From Gemmatimonadota bacterium (GTDB taxonomy: Bacteria; Latescibacterota; UBA2968; UBA8231): 39,458 nucleotides of DNA. The stretch is from contig JAYOYH010000045.1 in the NCBI GenBank assembly GCA_038153405.1, forward strand, positions 1 through 39,458. The letters are read 5' to 3'. The notes beneath the pieces were generated by a model. It ran no database searches. It saw only the letters and a list, made by a program, of their open reading frames with translations, and was not told the DNA's origin. Below, piece by piece: positions 9,214 to 16,926 of the stretch. Every line of letters begins with the position of its first letter. The stretch's first letter is position 1. A program made the position numbers and the translations under genes.

Positions 9214-9844
9214 GCGTGCCCGTTTGCACCGAGTCTATCGATGTGTGCGCCTGCTGCTTATGGGGTGCGCCACGCTGGCGGCCTGTGCGCAAGAGCCGGT
9301 CGATGAGACGCCGCGCGATACGCCGGTCGCCCTGCCGCAGAATGTGCCGCCGCTGAACGACTACGGCGGTATCGGCGGCGCGTTTGCGCTGCAGGACCAG
9401 CGCGGTGAGACCTTTCAACTCGCGCAGCTAGAGGGGCGTCCGGCCATGCTCTTTTTCGGCTATACCTACTGCCCCGATATTTGTCCGGTCACCCTGTCGA
9501 AGATGGTGCGTGTCTACGAACTGTTGGAGATTGAGCCGCAGGATTTGCAGACGATTTTTATTACGGTTGATCCCGAGCGCGATACGCGAGAAAAGCTGGC
9601 CGAGTACCTGTCGTACTTTCAGGTAGATGCCGTCGGCCTAACCGGCACGCGCGAAGAGATTGATGCCGTGGTGCGTCAGTACGGCGGGCATTACGCGCTA
9701 AATAAAGAAGACGGTAAGAGCGAGTATTTTGTCGATCATTCGACCTATACCTACCTCATCGATGGGCAGGGTCGCGTGTGTTTTCTCTTTCGCCACGACG
9801 ACGAGCCCGAGTATATGGCTGCTGTGGCGCGCCAGCTCTTTTAA
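9203..9844 (+). CDS. SCO family copper chaperone, probable lipoprotein
   Basis: FFGYTYCPDICP, TVDPERD, VDHS; LAAC lipobox; start placed at ATG 9203 after a G-rich RBS. Confidence 0.92.
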   Translation: MATERARLHRVYRCVRLLLMGCATLAACAQEPVDETPRDTPVALPQNVPPLNDYGGIGGAFALQDQRGETFQLAQLEGRPAMLFFGYTYCPDICPVTLSKMVRVYELLEIEPQDLQTIFITVDPERDTREKLAEYLSYFQVDAVGLTGTREEIDAVVRQYGGHYALNKEDGKSEYFVDHSTYTYLIDGQGRVCFLFRHDDEPEYMAAVARQLF

Positions 9845-9973
9845 ATGCGTGCACTATCGATGAAAAACGCATTGCTCGCCGTGCTCAAGCTCGTCCATGC
9901 GCTCGCGTGGTTTCCGCTCAATCTGACTTTCCGCGATGCCCTGCTGCGCCTCTTCCGCAAAAAGCGCTCCTGA
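9845..9973 (+). CDS. Unannotated 42-aa small protein (37 aa if started at ATG 9860)
   Basis: ATG directly follows the SCO stop (TAAATG); MRALSMKNALLAVLKLVHALAWFPLNLTFRDALLRLFRKKRS; GC-ending codons like the neighbouring genes. Confidence 0.5.
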   Translation: MRALSMKNALLAVLKLVHALAWFPLNLTFRDALLRLFRKKRS

Positions 9974-10082
9974 GGCGTACCAAAGGCGCATTTTACGCGC
10001 TCAGTTCTTCGCGTTAAAAATTTTTCAAATGCCGGCATTGAGGGGTAGTAAATGAGGTTCGAGGCAAATATATTCCTCACAT

Positions 10083-10228
10083 GGGGTCTGCCCCGGTGCC
10101 GTCTCATGCCCGCGCGTCGCGTAACTCGATGGAATGCGCAAATGCGACTCGGTTTCACCCTTCGATGGGTTGGGCAGAGCTGAAATCTAGCACCTCGGTG
10201 TCGGAAATCACTCCGGGACAGACCGCTA
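10083..10228 (+). ncRNA. Unidentified structured non-coding RNA
   Basis: Closing helix 10085-10096/10213-10224, several internal helices and a pseudoknot; TATATT at 10069-10074 upstream and a terminator downstream; lies between convergent genes. Confidence 0.6.
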
Positions 10229-10237
10229 CTATTTAAT

Positions 10238-10287
10238 AGAACGCCGCGTCGATGAAATAGGTTGTTTTCATCGACGCGGCGTTTTGT
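10238..10287 (+). terminator. 18-bp perfect hairpin terminator overlapping the 3' end of the convergent PhyH gene
   Basis: AACGCCGCGTCGATGAAA (10240-10257) pairs with TTTCATCGACGCGGCGTT (10266-10283); T-rich sequence follows. Confidence 0.75.
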
Positions 10288-11035
10288 CTATGTAGCCGGT
10301 TTTGAGTACGCGCCGCGCTGCATCCGACCAGTCGGCTTTGTGTTCGGTCGGCAGCGGCAGGCGCTCGTGCGCGTGCGGAAAAACGCGCGTGTAGCCCAGA
10401 GAGAGCATGGCGCGCGTCTCGTCGGTGGCGTTGGGCATGGCCCCGTGCCACAGGCGCATGTCGCGCAGACACAGCGATCCGATCGGCATGGTCATGCGCA
10501 CGGCGGACATGTGCTGACTGCGCTCGTCTAGGTGGCCTATCTCGGACGCCGGGTTATCGACCAGCAAGTGCGTGCCCGGCCACAGGCGCGTGGCCCCGTT
10601 CTCTTCGGTGAAAGCGCCCAGCGGTATGTCTACGGACAGGCCGGAAACGGGCAGGGCAAAAGGCAGTTCGGGGAAGAGGGGATTGCCGTCGCGGTGTGGC
10701 GGTGCCTCATGCCCGGACTGCGGCGATACGGCGTTAATGTAGTAAAGTCCCCAGGCGATCTTATCGCCCAGCGCCGCGCGCATGATTTGCAGGGCAAACG
10801 CGTTGGCAACCAGGCGAGGGTCGACAAAGGGCATGGCGAGCGGTGGGCTCTTGAATGGCTTGCTGTGTTGGCAGGCTTGCTCGTACAGTGCGCGCACCGG
10901 ATCAATGGCCGCGCGTGGCACGGCCTCTTCGACGATGACAAAGCCGAGGTCGCGCAGCATGCGCAGGGCTTGCTGCAGGGAAGCGTCCTTTAGCTCGCCG
11001 GCTGCCTGCTCTGCGCTTGAGACCGTCAGTCGCAT
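10268..11035 (-). CDS. PhyH family dioxygenase
   Basis: PHRD, NGATRLWPGTH, RLWHGAMPN...R motifs. Confidence 0.88.
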   Translation of the reverse strand: MRLTVSSAEQAAGELKDASLQQALRMLRDLGFVIVEEAVPRAAIDPVRALYEQACQHSKPFKSPPLAMPFVDPRLVANAFALQIMRAALGDKIAWGLYYINAVSPQSGHEAPPHRDGNPLFPELPFALPVSGLSVDIPLGAFTEENGATRLWPGTHLLVDNPASEIGHLDERSQHMSAVRMTMPIGSLCLRDMRLWHGAMPNATDETRAMLSLGYTRVFPHAHERLPLPTEHKADWSDAARRVLKTGYIDKTPRR

Positions 11036-11089
11036 GCGCGTGTTGCTCTGACTATATGCGCACTGATTGGCACGCCGTGCGTCCTCTCT

Positions 11090-11971
11090 TTACCAGGTGC
11101 GATTTTTCAACAGCTCTTGAATGGCGTCTTTGGGAACCGGTAGCTCGTCGATGTGGTCTTCGAGCCAGCGCGAAAAATCGGCTTCGATATCGTCTGACCA
11201 GCGTCGGTCGATTTGCCCCGGCGTATAGGTGCCTTCGTTCAGGCGTAGTTTGCCGAACATATCGCGCAGGCGAATCACCTCGGAGGTTGTGACAACCTTT
11301 TCGGCTAGGTGCGGTGGAATAAAGAGGACGCCTTCGCGCTTGCCCAGCACAATGTCGCCCGGCATGCAGGTGGCGCGGCCAATGCGCACTGGGCAGTTCA
11401 TGCCGGCTAGCATAATGGTCGGCGAGGCGAAAGAGGGGTCCCAACCGCGCACAAAGCTGGTAAAGCCCTCTAACTCCTCGATACCCTCCAAATCGCGCAC
11501 GGCCGCGTCGTGTACCACGCCGTTGCCGGAGTTAGCGTAGATGGCCGTGGCCAGATTGTCGCCGATCACCGGTCCCTGGGCAATCTTGCCAAAGACGTCG
11601 GCCACGTAGACGTCGCCCTGTACAAGCGCGTCGATGGGCCAGGAGATCTGGTCGCCGACCTGTCCCGTGCGCTCGCCCTTTTCTTCCATGATACGGCGCA
11701 TAACGGGGCGGCGCGGCATATACATGGCGGTTATGGCGCGCCCGCATAGCGTGCCGCCGGGATGCGTGCACTGCCAGTCGCCTTCGAATTGGTGTTCGTA
11801 GCCGTCGCCGCGAACTACGCCCCAGGCCTGTGTAATGGTGACCTGACGCATGCGCTCGATGATAGCGTCGGACACTTTGGGTCGGCCATCGTCAAAGCGC
11901 TCGCCCTGCCATTCGGGCGTGTATTCGACGAGTTCTTCCGGGCTCATATTGAGCGGTGCGAATTTCTCCAT
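11090..11971 (-). CDS. RraA family protein (HMG aldolase-like fold)
   Basis: GRAITA, IGDNLAT, AVRDL, MPGDIVLG..EGVLFIP. Confidence 0.85.
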   Translation of the reverse strand: MEKFAPLNMSPEELVEYTPEWQGERFDDGRPKVSDAIIERMRQVTITQAWGVVRGDGYEHQFEGDWQCTHPGGTLCGRAITAMYMPRRPVMRRIMEEKGERTGQVGDQISWPIDALVQGDVYVADVFGKIAQGPVIGDNLATAIYANSGNGVVHDAAVRDLEGIEELEGFTSFVRGWDPSFASPTIMLAGMNCPVRIGRATCMPGDIVLGKREGVLFIPPHLAEKVVTTSEVIRLRDMFGKLRLNEGTYTPGQIDRRWSDDIEADFSRWLEDHIDELPVPKDAIQELLKNRTW

Positions 11972-12151
11972 TGCATCCCTTTCTCGACGTTCCCGTCCTG
12001 TTCAGTAGAGAGGAGAAGGTAATATATCGGGTGGTAGAGCGTCTCTCAAATCACCTGCGTATCGAAGTAATATGATGGATTGGGTTGACCGCGCATGGAC
12101 TGCGCGTACATTTCCTTGCGTATGTTGGATCTTTTGCGCGAAAGGTATGTT

Positions 12152-12721
12152 ATGATCACAGTAACGGAAGCAGCGGAAAAGAAAATTGCCGAGCTTGTCG
12201 CTAAAAACGACAGGCCGATCAAGGGACTGCGCATTGGAGCGCGTTCGGAGTCGCCGCTCAAAGTGGACTACAAACTGGCCTTTGTATCCGAGGAACAAGT
12301 CGAAGCGTCCGACGAAAGAGTATCCTTTGACGGTTTTGACGTCTTTATGGATCCCGACAGCATCGACCTGCTCGAAGATGCAACCGTCGACTACGTCGAC
12401 GGGCTAATGGGCAGCGGTTTTAAAATCGAACGCCCGCGCAAACTGCCCAAGCATTTAGAAGGCGACCTAGCCCAGCGCGTGCACGAGGTAATTGAAAAGC
12501 AGATTAATCCGGGCGTTGCTGCCCACGGCGGTACAGTAAATCTGGTCGATGTCAAGAATAGCACCGTCTACGTGCAGTTGGGTGGTGGCTGCCAGGGCTG
12601 TGGCATGGCCAGCGTGACGCTTCGCGATGGCGTGGTGCGCATGATTAAGGAAGGCGTGCCAGAGGTAGAAGAGGTTGTCGATGTGACCGATCACGACTCG
12701 GGAGAAAATCCCTACTACTAA
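12152..12721 (+). CDS. nfuA: Fe-S biogenesis protein NfuA-like (degenerate A-type carrier + NifU-C)
   Basis: ITVTEAA start, INPGVAAHGG, GGGCQGCGMA, DVTDH..GENPYY; start at ATG 12152 after AAAGGT. Confidence 0.88.
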   Translation: MITVTEAAEKKIAELVAKNDRPIKGLRIGARSESPLKVDYKLAFVSEEQVEASDERVSFDGFDVFMDPDSIDLLEDATVDYVDGLMGSGFKIERPRKLPKHLEGDLAQRVHEVIEKQINPGVAAHGGTVNLVDVKNSTVYVQLGGGCQGCGMASVTLRDGVVRMIKEGVPEVEEVVDVTDHDSGENPYY

Positions 12722-12741
12722 AGGGCGATTAACAGAGACGG

Positions 12742-12778
12742 AACGGCGCGAGCGCGATCGAGCGTTTCGCGCCGTTTG
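12742..12778 (+). terminator. Hairpin terminator after nfuA
   Basis: AACGGCGCGAGCGC / GCGTTTCGCGCCGTT inverted repeat with a short T run. Confidence 0.65.
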
Positions 12779-12783
12779 CGTTG

Positions 12784-12812
12784 TTGACATCTGGCAGGCG
12801 ATTGCATAACGT
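12784..12812 (+). promoter_or_regulatory. sigma70-type promoter
   Basis: TTGACA (12784-12789), 17 bp spacer, TAACGT (12807-12812); predicted start near 12819. Confidence 0.75.
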
Positions 12813-12832
12813 ACTCTCACAGGCGACAAGAG

Positions 12833-12947
12833 GGCGCCACCAAGTCCGCGGGAAAGGCCGAGCCTACCTCACCTCGCAGCATGCACATAGCAACTTCTTT
12901 CTACCAGTCGAGGGCGGACAGCTGGTGCCATAACGGAAAGAGGTTGT
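12833..12947 (+). promoter_or_regulatory. Structured 5' leader RNA with anti-RBS pseudoknot (riboswitch-like)
   Basis: Helices 12833-39/12923-29, 12844-49/12914-19, 12855-58/12862-65, 12872-76/12909-13; loop 12890-12901 is complementary to the RBS region 12936-12947. Confidence 0.7.
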
Positions 12948-12950
12948 ACG

Positions 12951-13916
12951 ATGGCTGAGACCCTACCTCCAAGGCCCAACCTTGAGCAGCTCAAGAAACA
13001 GGCCAAAGACCTCCAGAAAGAGTACAAAAGCGGCCGCGTAGAAGTCTATGCGCGCATTCGCCTGCACCTGCCGCGCCTGGCGAAAAAGTCCGACGAAGAA
13101 ATGCCCAAAGAGCGCTTTGTGCTGCAGGATGCACAGCACGTCATCGCGCGCCTGTACGGTTTTTCCAATTGGGACATGCTGTGTTCAGCCGTAAAAACGC
13201 CCTTTGCCGCGCTGGTGGATTTTACCGACCGCGAAATCCAGGTTCTACTGCGCCAGGTCGATCAGCGGGACCTCGTCATCGCGCTAAGCGGAGCTGGCAA
13301 AGCGGTGTGCGATAAGATTCTCGGCAATATGTCCGAACGCGTGCGGCAATTCATAAAAGATGAGATAAGCTTTTTGGGACCACTGCGCGACGAGAAGGTT
13401 GACGAGATACAGTATCGCATCGTCAAGCAGTCCGTCCAGCTAGGTGAAAAGGGGCTGGTGGTGTGGCCGCCCAAGCCCTCGAATAGGCGTACGGCCAAGC
13501 AGAAAGAGGCCGACAAGCCCAGCGGTGTCGAGCGCGAAGAGGACGAGGCGCTGCTGCGCCTGGCGCGGAAAACGCTGGGCGAGCTGAGCTACGACGAACT
13601 CCATCAGCTCTTTGTTGGCATGGCCGAAAGGGCGAGAAAGCGGGGGATCTTATCGCTGGAGAGCGTGGGCAACGCAGCGGTCGACCCCTTCATAAAGATG
13701 GCCATTCATCTCGTCGTAGACGGCACCGAACCGGGGTTGATTATGGATATCTTGGAGACGTGGACCAAGTCGCTGATGCACGAGCACGAGCGAAGATATC
13801 AAGATAGGCTACATGAGAACGGAGTGAGATACAGCAAAGTGATTGAAGCGATGATGGCGATGCAGGCTGGCGACAATCCGCGCGTTGTCGAACACAAATT
13901 GTCCGTTATTTATTGA
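12951..13916 (+). CDS. Soluble fusion: N-terminal LPxRPNL helical domain + FliG C-terminal domain + MotA cytoplasmic domain
   Basis: aa 85-172 resemble FliG_C (DREIQVLLRQVD..DLVIAL, NMSER..KDEISFLGPLR); aa 213-321 resemble MotA (ARKRGILSLE, DPFIK..LVVDGTEP..ILE, IEAMMAMQAGDNPRVVEHKL); no TM segment. Confidence 0.82.
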   Translation: MAETLPPRPNLEQLKKQAKDLQKEYKSGRVEVYARIRLHLPRLAKKSDEEMPKERFVLQDAQHVIARLYGFSNWDMLCSAVKTPFAALVDFTDREIQVLLRQVDQRDLVIALSGAGKAVCDKILGNMSERVRQFIKDEISFLGPLRDEKVDEIQYRIVKQSVQLGEKGLVVWPPKPSNRRTAKQKEADKPSGVEREEDEALLRLARKTLGELSYDELHQLFVGMAERARKRGILSLESVGNAAVDPFIKMAIHLVVDGTEPGLIMDILETWTKSLMHEHERRYQDRLHENGVRYSKVIEAMMAMQAGDNPRVVEHKLSVIY

Positions 13917-13950
13917 TGGCGTAAATGGCCTACGCGCAAAGCCCAACGGC

Positions 13951-14349
13951 CTACTCTATATCTGGCGGGCTTTGCCGTATGGCATCGATATGCTTTTCTA
14001 GCCGATCCCGTAAATTGCTGAGGGTATCGGTTTTCAACAGGTAGTCATTTGCACCTTGTGCAATGGCTTGGCGGACTATTATCGTATTTGCTTCGCCAGT
14101 AAGGACGACGATCTTGGTTTGCTTAAACTGCGGATTGGCGCGCAGTATCTGCAGTACTTCGATGCCGTCTTTTTTAGGCATGTACAGGTCCAATACGATA
14201 AGTTCGGGTTTAAAGCTCTCACAGTGAGAAATGGTCGTTTCCCCATCTTCCGCTTCCGCTATTTCGCAGTCGAGCTTTTCGAGTATGGCTATGATCTTGC
14301 GTCGACTGATTGTTGCGTCCTCGGCAACAAGCACGCGAGGTTTACTCAT
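13951..14349 (-). CDS. Single-domain response regulator (CheY-like)
   Basis: VLVAED, VLDLYMP, LTG, conserved K; GGAG RBS. Confidence 0.9.
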   Translation of the reverse strand: MSKPRVLVAEDATISRRKIIAILEKLDCEIAEAEDGETTISHCESFKPELIVLDLYMPKKDGIEVLQILRANPQFKQTKIVVLTGEANTIIVRQAIAQGANDYLLKTDTLSNLRDRLEKHIDAIRQSPPDIE

Positions 14350-14529
14350 TGAGCTGCTCCAAGTTGTTATAGAACTGCGCGAGTGCGTTTCGCACGCGCT
14401 TACGCGGTTACCAAGATCGTTGATTTAGCTATTGTATTGTTAATTAATTTCTGCATCGTGCAGGAATTTTATATAGAACGTATCGGCCAGTCAAGGTTTG
14501 TAAACCATTGCCTTTATGTAGGTGAATCA

Positions 14530-16854
14530 ATGCCACGTTCTGCCATCGTCGCATTCCATAAGTCGCAGTTAAACTTCACGCGGGTATACACGGTGTTTGG
14601 GATTGGATTTGGGTTCAGTTTTCCCATTATTGCAACCCTGCTAGACGTCTACATATCCGACTATCCAATGAGTATTCACGGTGCTATAGCAGCACAGCGA
14701 GCTCAACCGCTGCATTGGATTATCAACACAGCGCCCATTTTTCTCGGTTTGGCCTTTGGGATTGCCGGTCGGCGACACCAGCAAATGGCACATACGATAA
14801 ATCAGCTGGAAGAGCGAGAACAAGCACTTCGCAATGCCTCCGTTGCTCTATCTAGAAATAATGCGGTGCTGGTTAAATCAAAGCAGTTGGCGGAAAAAGC
14901 CAATATTGCCAAAAGTGAATTTTTGGCCAATATGAGTCACGAGATTCGCACCCCGATGAACGGTATCATCGGCATGAACGAACTGCTGAAGAACACGCAG
15001 AAGACGCCGCTGCAAACCGAATATGTCAATGCGATCGGTGCGTCGGCCGATGATCTACTCGAGATAATAAATAGCATTCTCGATGTATCGAAGATAGAAG
15101 CGGGCAGGTTCACTCTTGAACATATCGATTTTTCGGTTGGTTCTATCGTGCAGAGCGCGATCCGTCCCATTTCCGTTCGCGCTCACAACAAGGGCTTGGA
15201 ATTGCTCTGCGAAATAGATGGCGATGTACCTCAAATGCTCAAGGGTGACCCCGTGCGCCTCCGCCAATTGTTGATCAACTTGTTGGGCAATGCAATAAAG
15301 TTCACCGAACAGGGCGAAGTGCGTGTGCGCATAGGCGTTGAATCTTCTGACGATGAGGGCATCGTTCTACGCGCTAGTGTGAGCGATACGGGCATCGGCA
15401 TGGCCAAGCAGCAGCAGCAACACATATTCGATGCTTTTTCACAGGCAGATGCATCTACCACCCGGCGTTTTGGTGGCACGGGATTGGGCTTGACCATTTG
15501 CAGCTATATCGTGGATATGATGGACGGTTCCATCTGGGTTGATAGCGAAGAGGGCAAGGGGAGCACATTTCACTTTACGGCGCGTTTTGCAGCGTCAACG
15601 GAGGCGGAAGTCGAGAGTCTGCCATCGCTGGAGTCTTTGCACGGTCTGCGTGTCTTGGTGTTGGACGACAACCTGACAAACCGCAAAATTCTCGATGGTC
15701 TGTTAAGGCGTTGGCATATGGTACCGGTATTGGTTGAATCGGCTATAGAAGGGTTGGATGCCATCGCCAGAGCGAAGGAGCAAGGCAAACCGTTTCAGCT
15801 GATTCTATTAGACGGTATGATGCCCGAAATGAATGGGTTGGACTTTCTGCTGGAACTGCCCGCTTCGCGCGACGTAGTTGCCTCCACGGTTATGATGCTG
15901 TCTTCGGTTGATGATGTAGAATTAGTCCAGCGCGTGCGTGACCGAGGAGTGCGAGTGTACCTGCGCAAGCCCGTTTTACACGCAGATCTACTGGATGCCA
16001 TTTTTTCGATCATAGGGTCTGATTCCTCGTTGGTAGATCCGCTGGCGGCGGCTAGCATTGAGCACTTCGATCTATTGGGTAAACGCATCTTGCTGGTAGA
16101 GGATAACGCAATCAACCAAAAAGTTGCGCTGGGTTTACTCGCAGAGACGAACTGCACCTGCCAAACCGCTGCCAACGGAGAGGAAGCAGTCCAGCGCGTG
16201 CGGGAAGAACCTTTTGACTTGGTTCTCATGGACTTGCAAATGCCGGTGATGGGAGGAATAGAAGCGACGCAGCGCATTCGCGCGTTGGAAGCATCGCAGG
16301 AAAAACATGTGCCCATCGTCGGCTTGACCGCCAATGCGATGCAAGGCACGCGCGAGCAGTGTCTGGCTGCGGGTATGGACGAATACTTGGCCAAGCCGAT
16401 TAAGCGTGCGTCTTTGCATAGACTATTGGGGCAGTTTTTCGATGCCGAATCCCCGGTGTTAGAAGAGGTCAGCGCACCGGCAGATACCGACGCGCAGTCG
16501 CTGGCAATCCTCGACGAAGAGACCTTGGACGAGCTCCATACGTTGGACGCACCGGGCGGCTTTTCGCTGCGCGAGGTCATGGAGCTATTTATCGACGAGT
16601 CGGACCATTTTGTCGAAGAGATGCGCCAGCTGTTGGCCGATAAACAGGGACCCGAATTGCAGCGCTCGGCACACACCTTTAAAGCCAACGGTCGCGATCT
16701 GGGGGCTCAGCGTTTGGCCGCCTTGTGTCAGCAGATTGAAGACCGGGGTCGCGAAGGTCAGTTCGATGGAATCGACGCCCTGATTGACGAAGCCGAACGC
16801 GAGGCCGCGCTCGTCTGCGATGCACTCAAACAGCACAAATACATGGACTCGTGA
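14530..16854 (+). CDS. Hybrid sensor histidine kinase (2 TM, HisKA, HATPase, REC, REC, Hpt)
   Basis: [37 protein letters not shown], two REC domains, RSAHTFK Hpt; start at ATG 14530 is uncertain. Confidence 0.92.
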   Translation: MPRSAIVAFHKSQLNFTRVYTVFGIGFGFSFPIIATLLDVYISDYPMSIHGAIAAQRAQPLHWIINTAPIFLGLAFGIAGRRHQQMAHTINQLEEREQALRNASVALSRNNAVLVKSKQLAEKANIAKSEFLANMSHEIRTPMNGIIGMNELLKNTQKTPLQTEYVNAIGASADDLLEIINSILDVSKIEAGRFTLEHIDFSVGSIVQSAIRPISVRAHNKGLELLCEIDGDVPQMLKGDPVRLRQLLINLLGNAIKFTEQGEVRVRIGVESSDDEGIVLRASVSDTGIGMAKQQQQHIFDAFSQADASTTRRFGGTGLGLTICSYIVDMMDGSIWVDSEEGKGSTFHFTARFAASTEAEVESLPSLESLHGLRVLVLDDNLTNRKILDGLLRRWHMVPVLVESAIEGLDAIARAKEQGKPFQLILLDGMMPEMNGLDFLLELPASRDVVASTVMMLSSVDDVELVQRVRDRGVRVYLRKPVLHADLLDAIFSIIGSDSSLVDPLAAASIEHFDLLGKRILLVEDNAINQKVALGLLAETNCTCQTAANGEEAVQRVREEPFDLVLMDLQMPVMGGIEATQRIRALEASQEKHVPIVGLTANAMQGTREQCLAAGMDEYLAKPIKRASLHRLLGQFFDAESPVLEEVSAPADTDAQSLAILDEETLDELHTLDAPGGFSLREVMELFIDESDHFVEEMRQLLADKQGPELQRSAHTFKANGRDLGAQRLAALCQQIEDRGREGQFDGIDALIDEAEREAALVCDALKQHKYMDS

Positions 16855-16926
16855 CAACGCAATGGCATAGCACCCGCCCGCTTTTAGACCGATTGTGCAG
16901 AGTGTAGGCTTCGCTACATTAGAGCA

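Noticed and set aside
10175..10189. Minus-strand stem-loop with UCA in a 7-nt loop, suggesting tRNA-Sec
   Set aside because: Only a 4-bp stem; no T-arm, acceptor stem or CCA in register
10083..10228. Assigning the ncRNA as 6S, tmRNA, SRP or RNase P
   Set aside because: No symmetric central bubble, T-loop/CCA end, SRP helix-8 motif or GGAAAGUCC; 6S cannot be fully excluded without cmscan
9845..10228. Type I toxin-antitoxin pair (small hydrophobic ORF plus ncRNA)
   Set aside because: Same predicted strand, no overlap and no extended complementarity visible
15795..16688. 297-aa minus-strand ORF
   Set aside because: Ser-rich antisense shadow of the hybrid kinase
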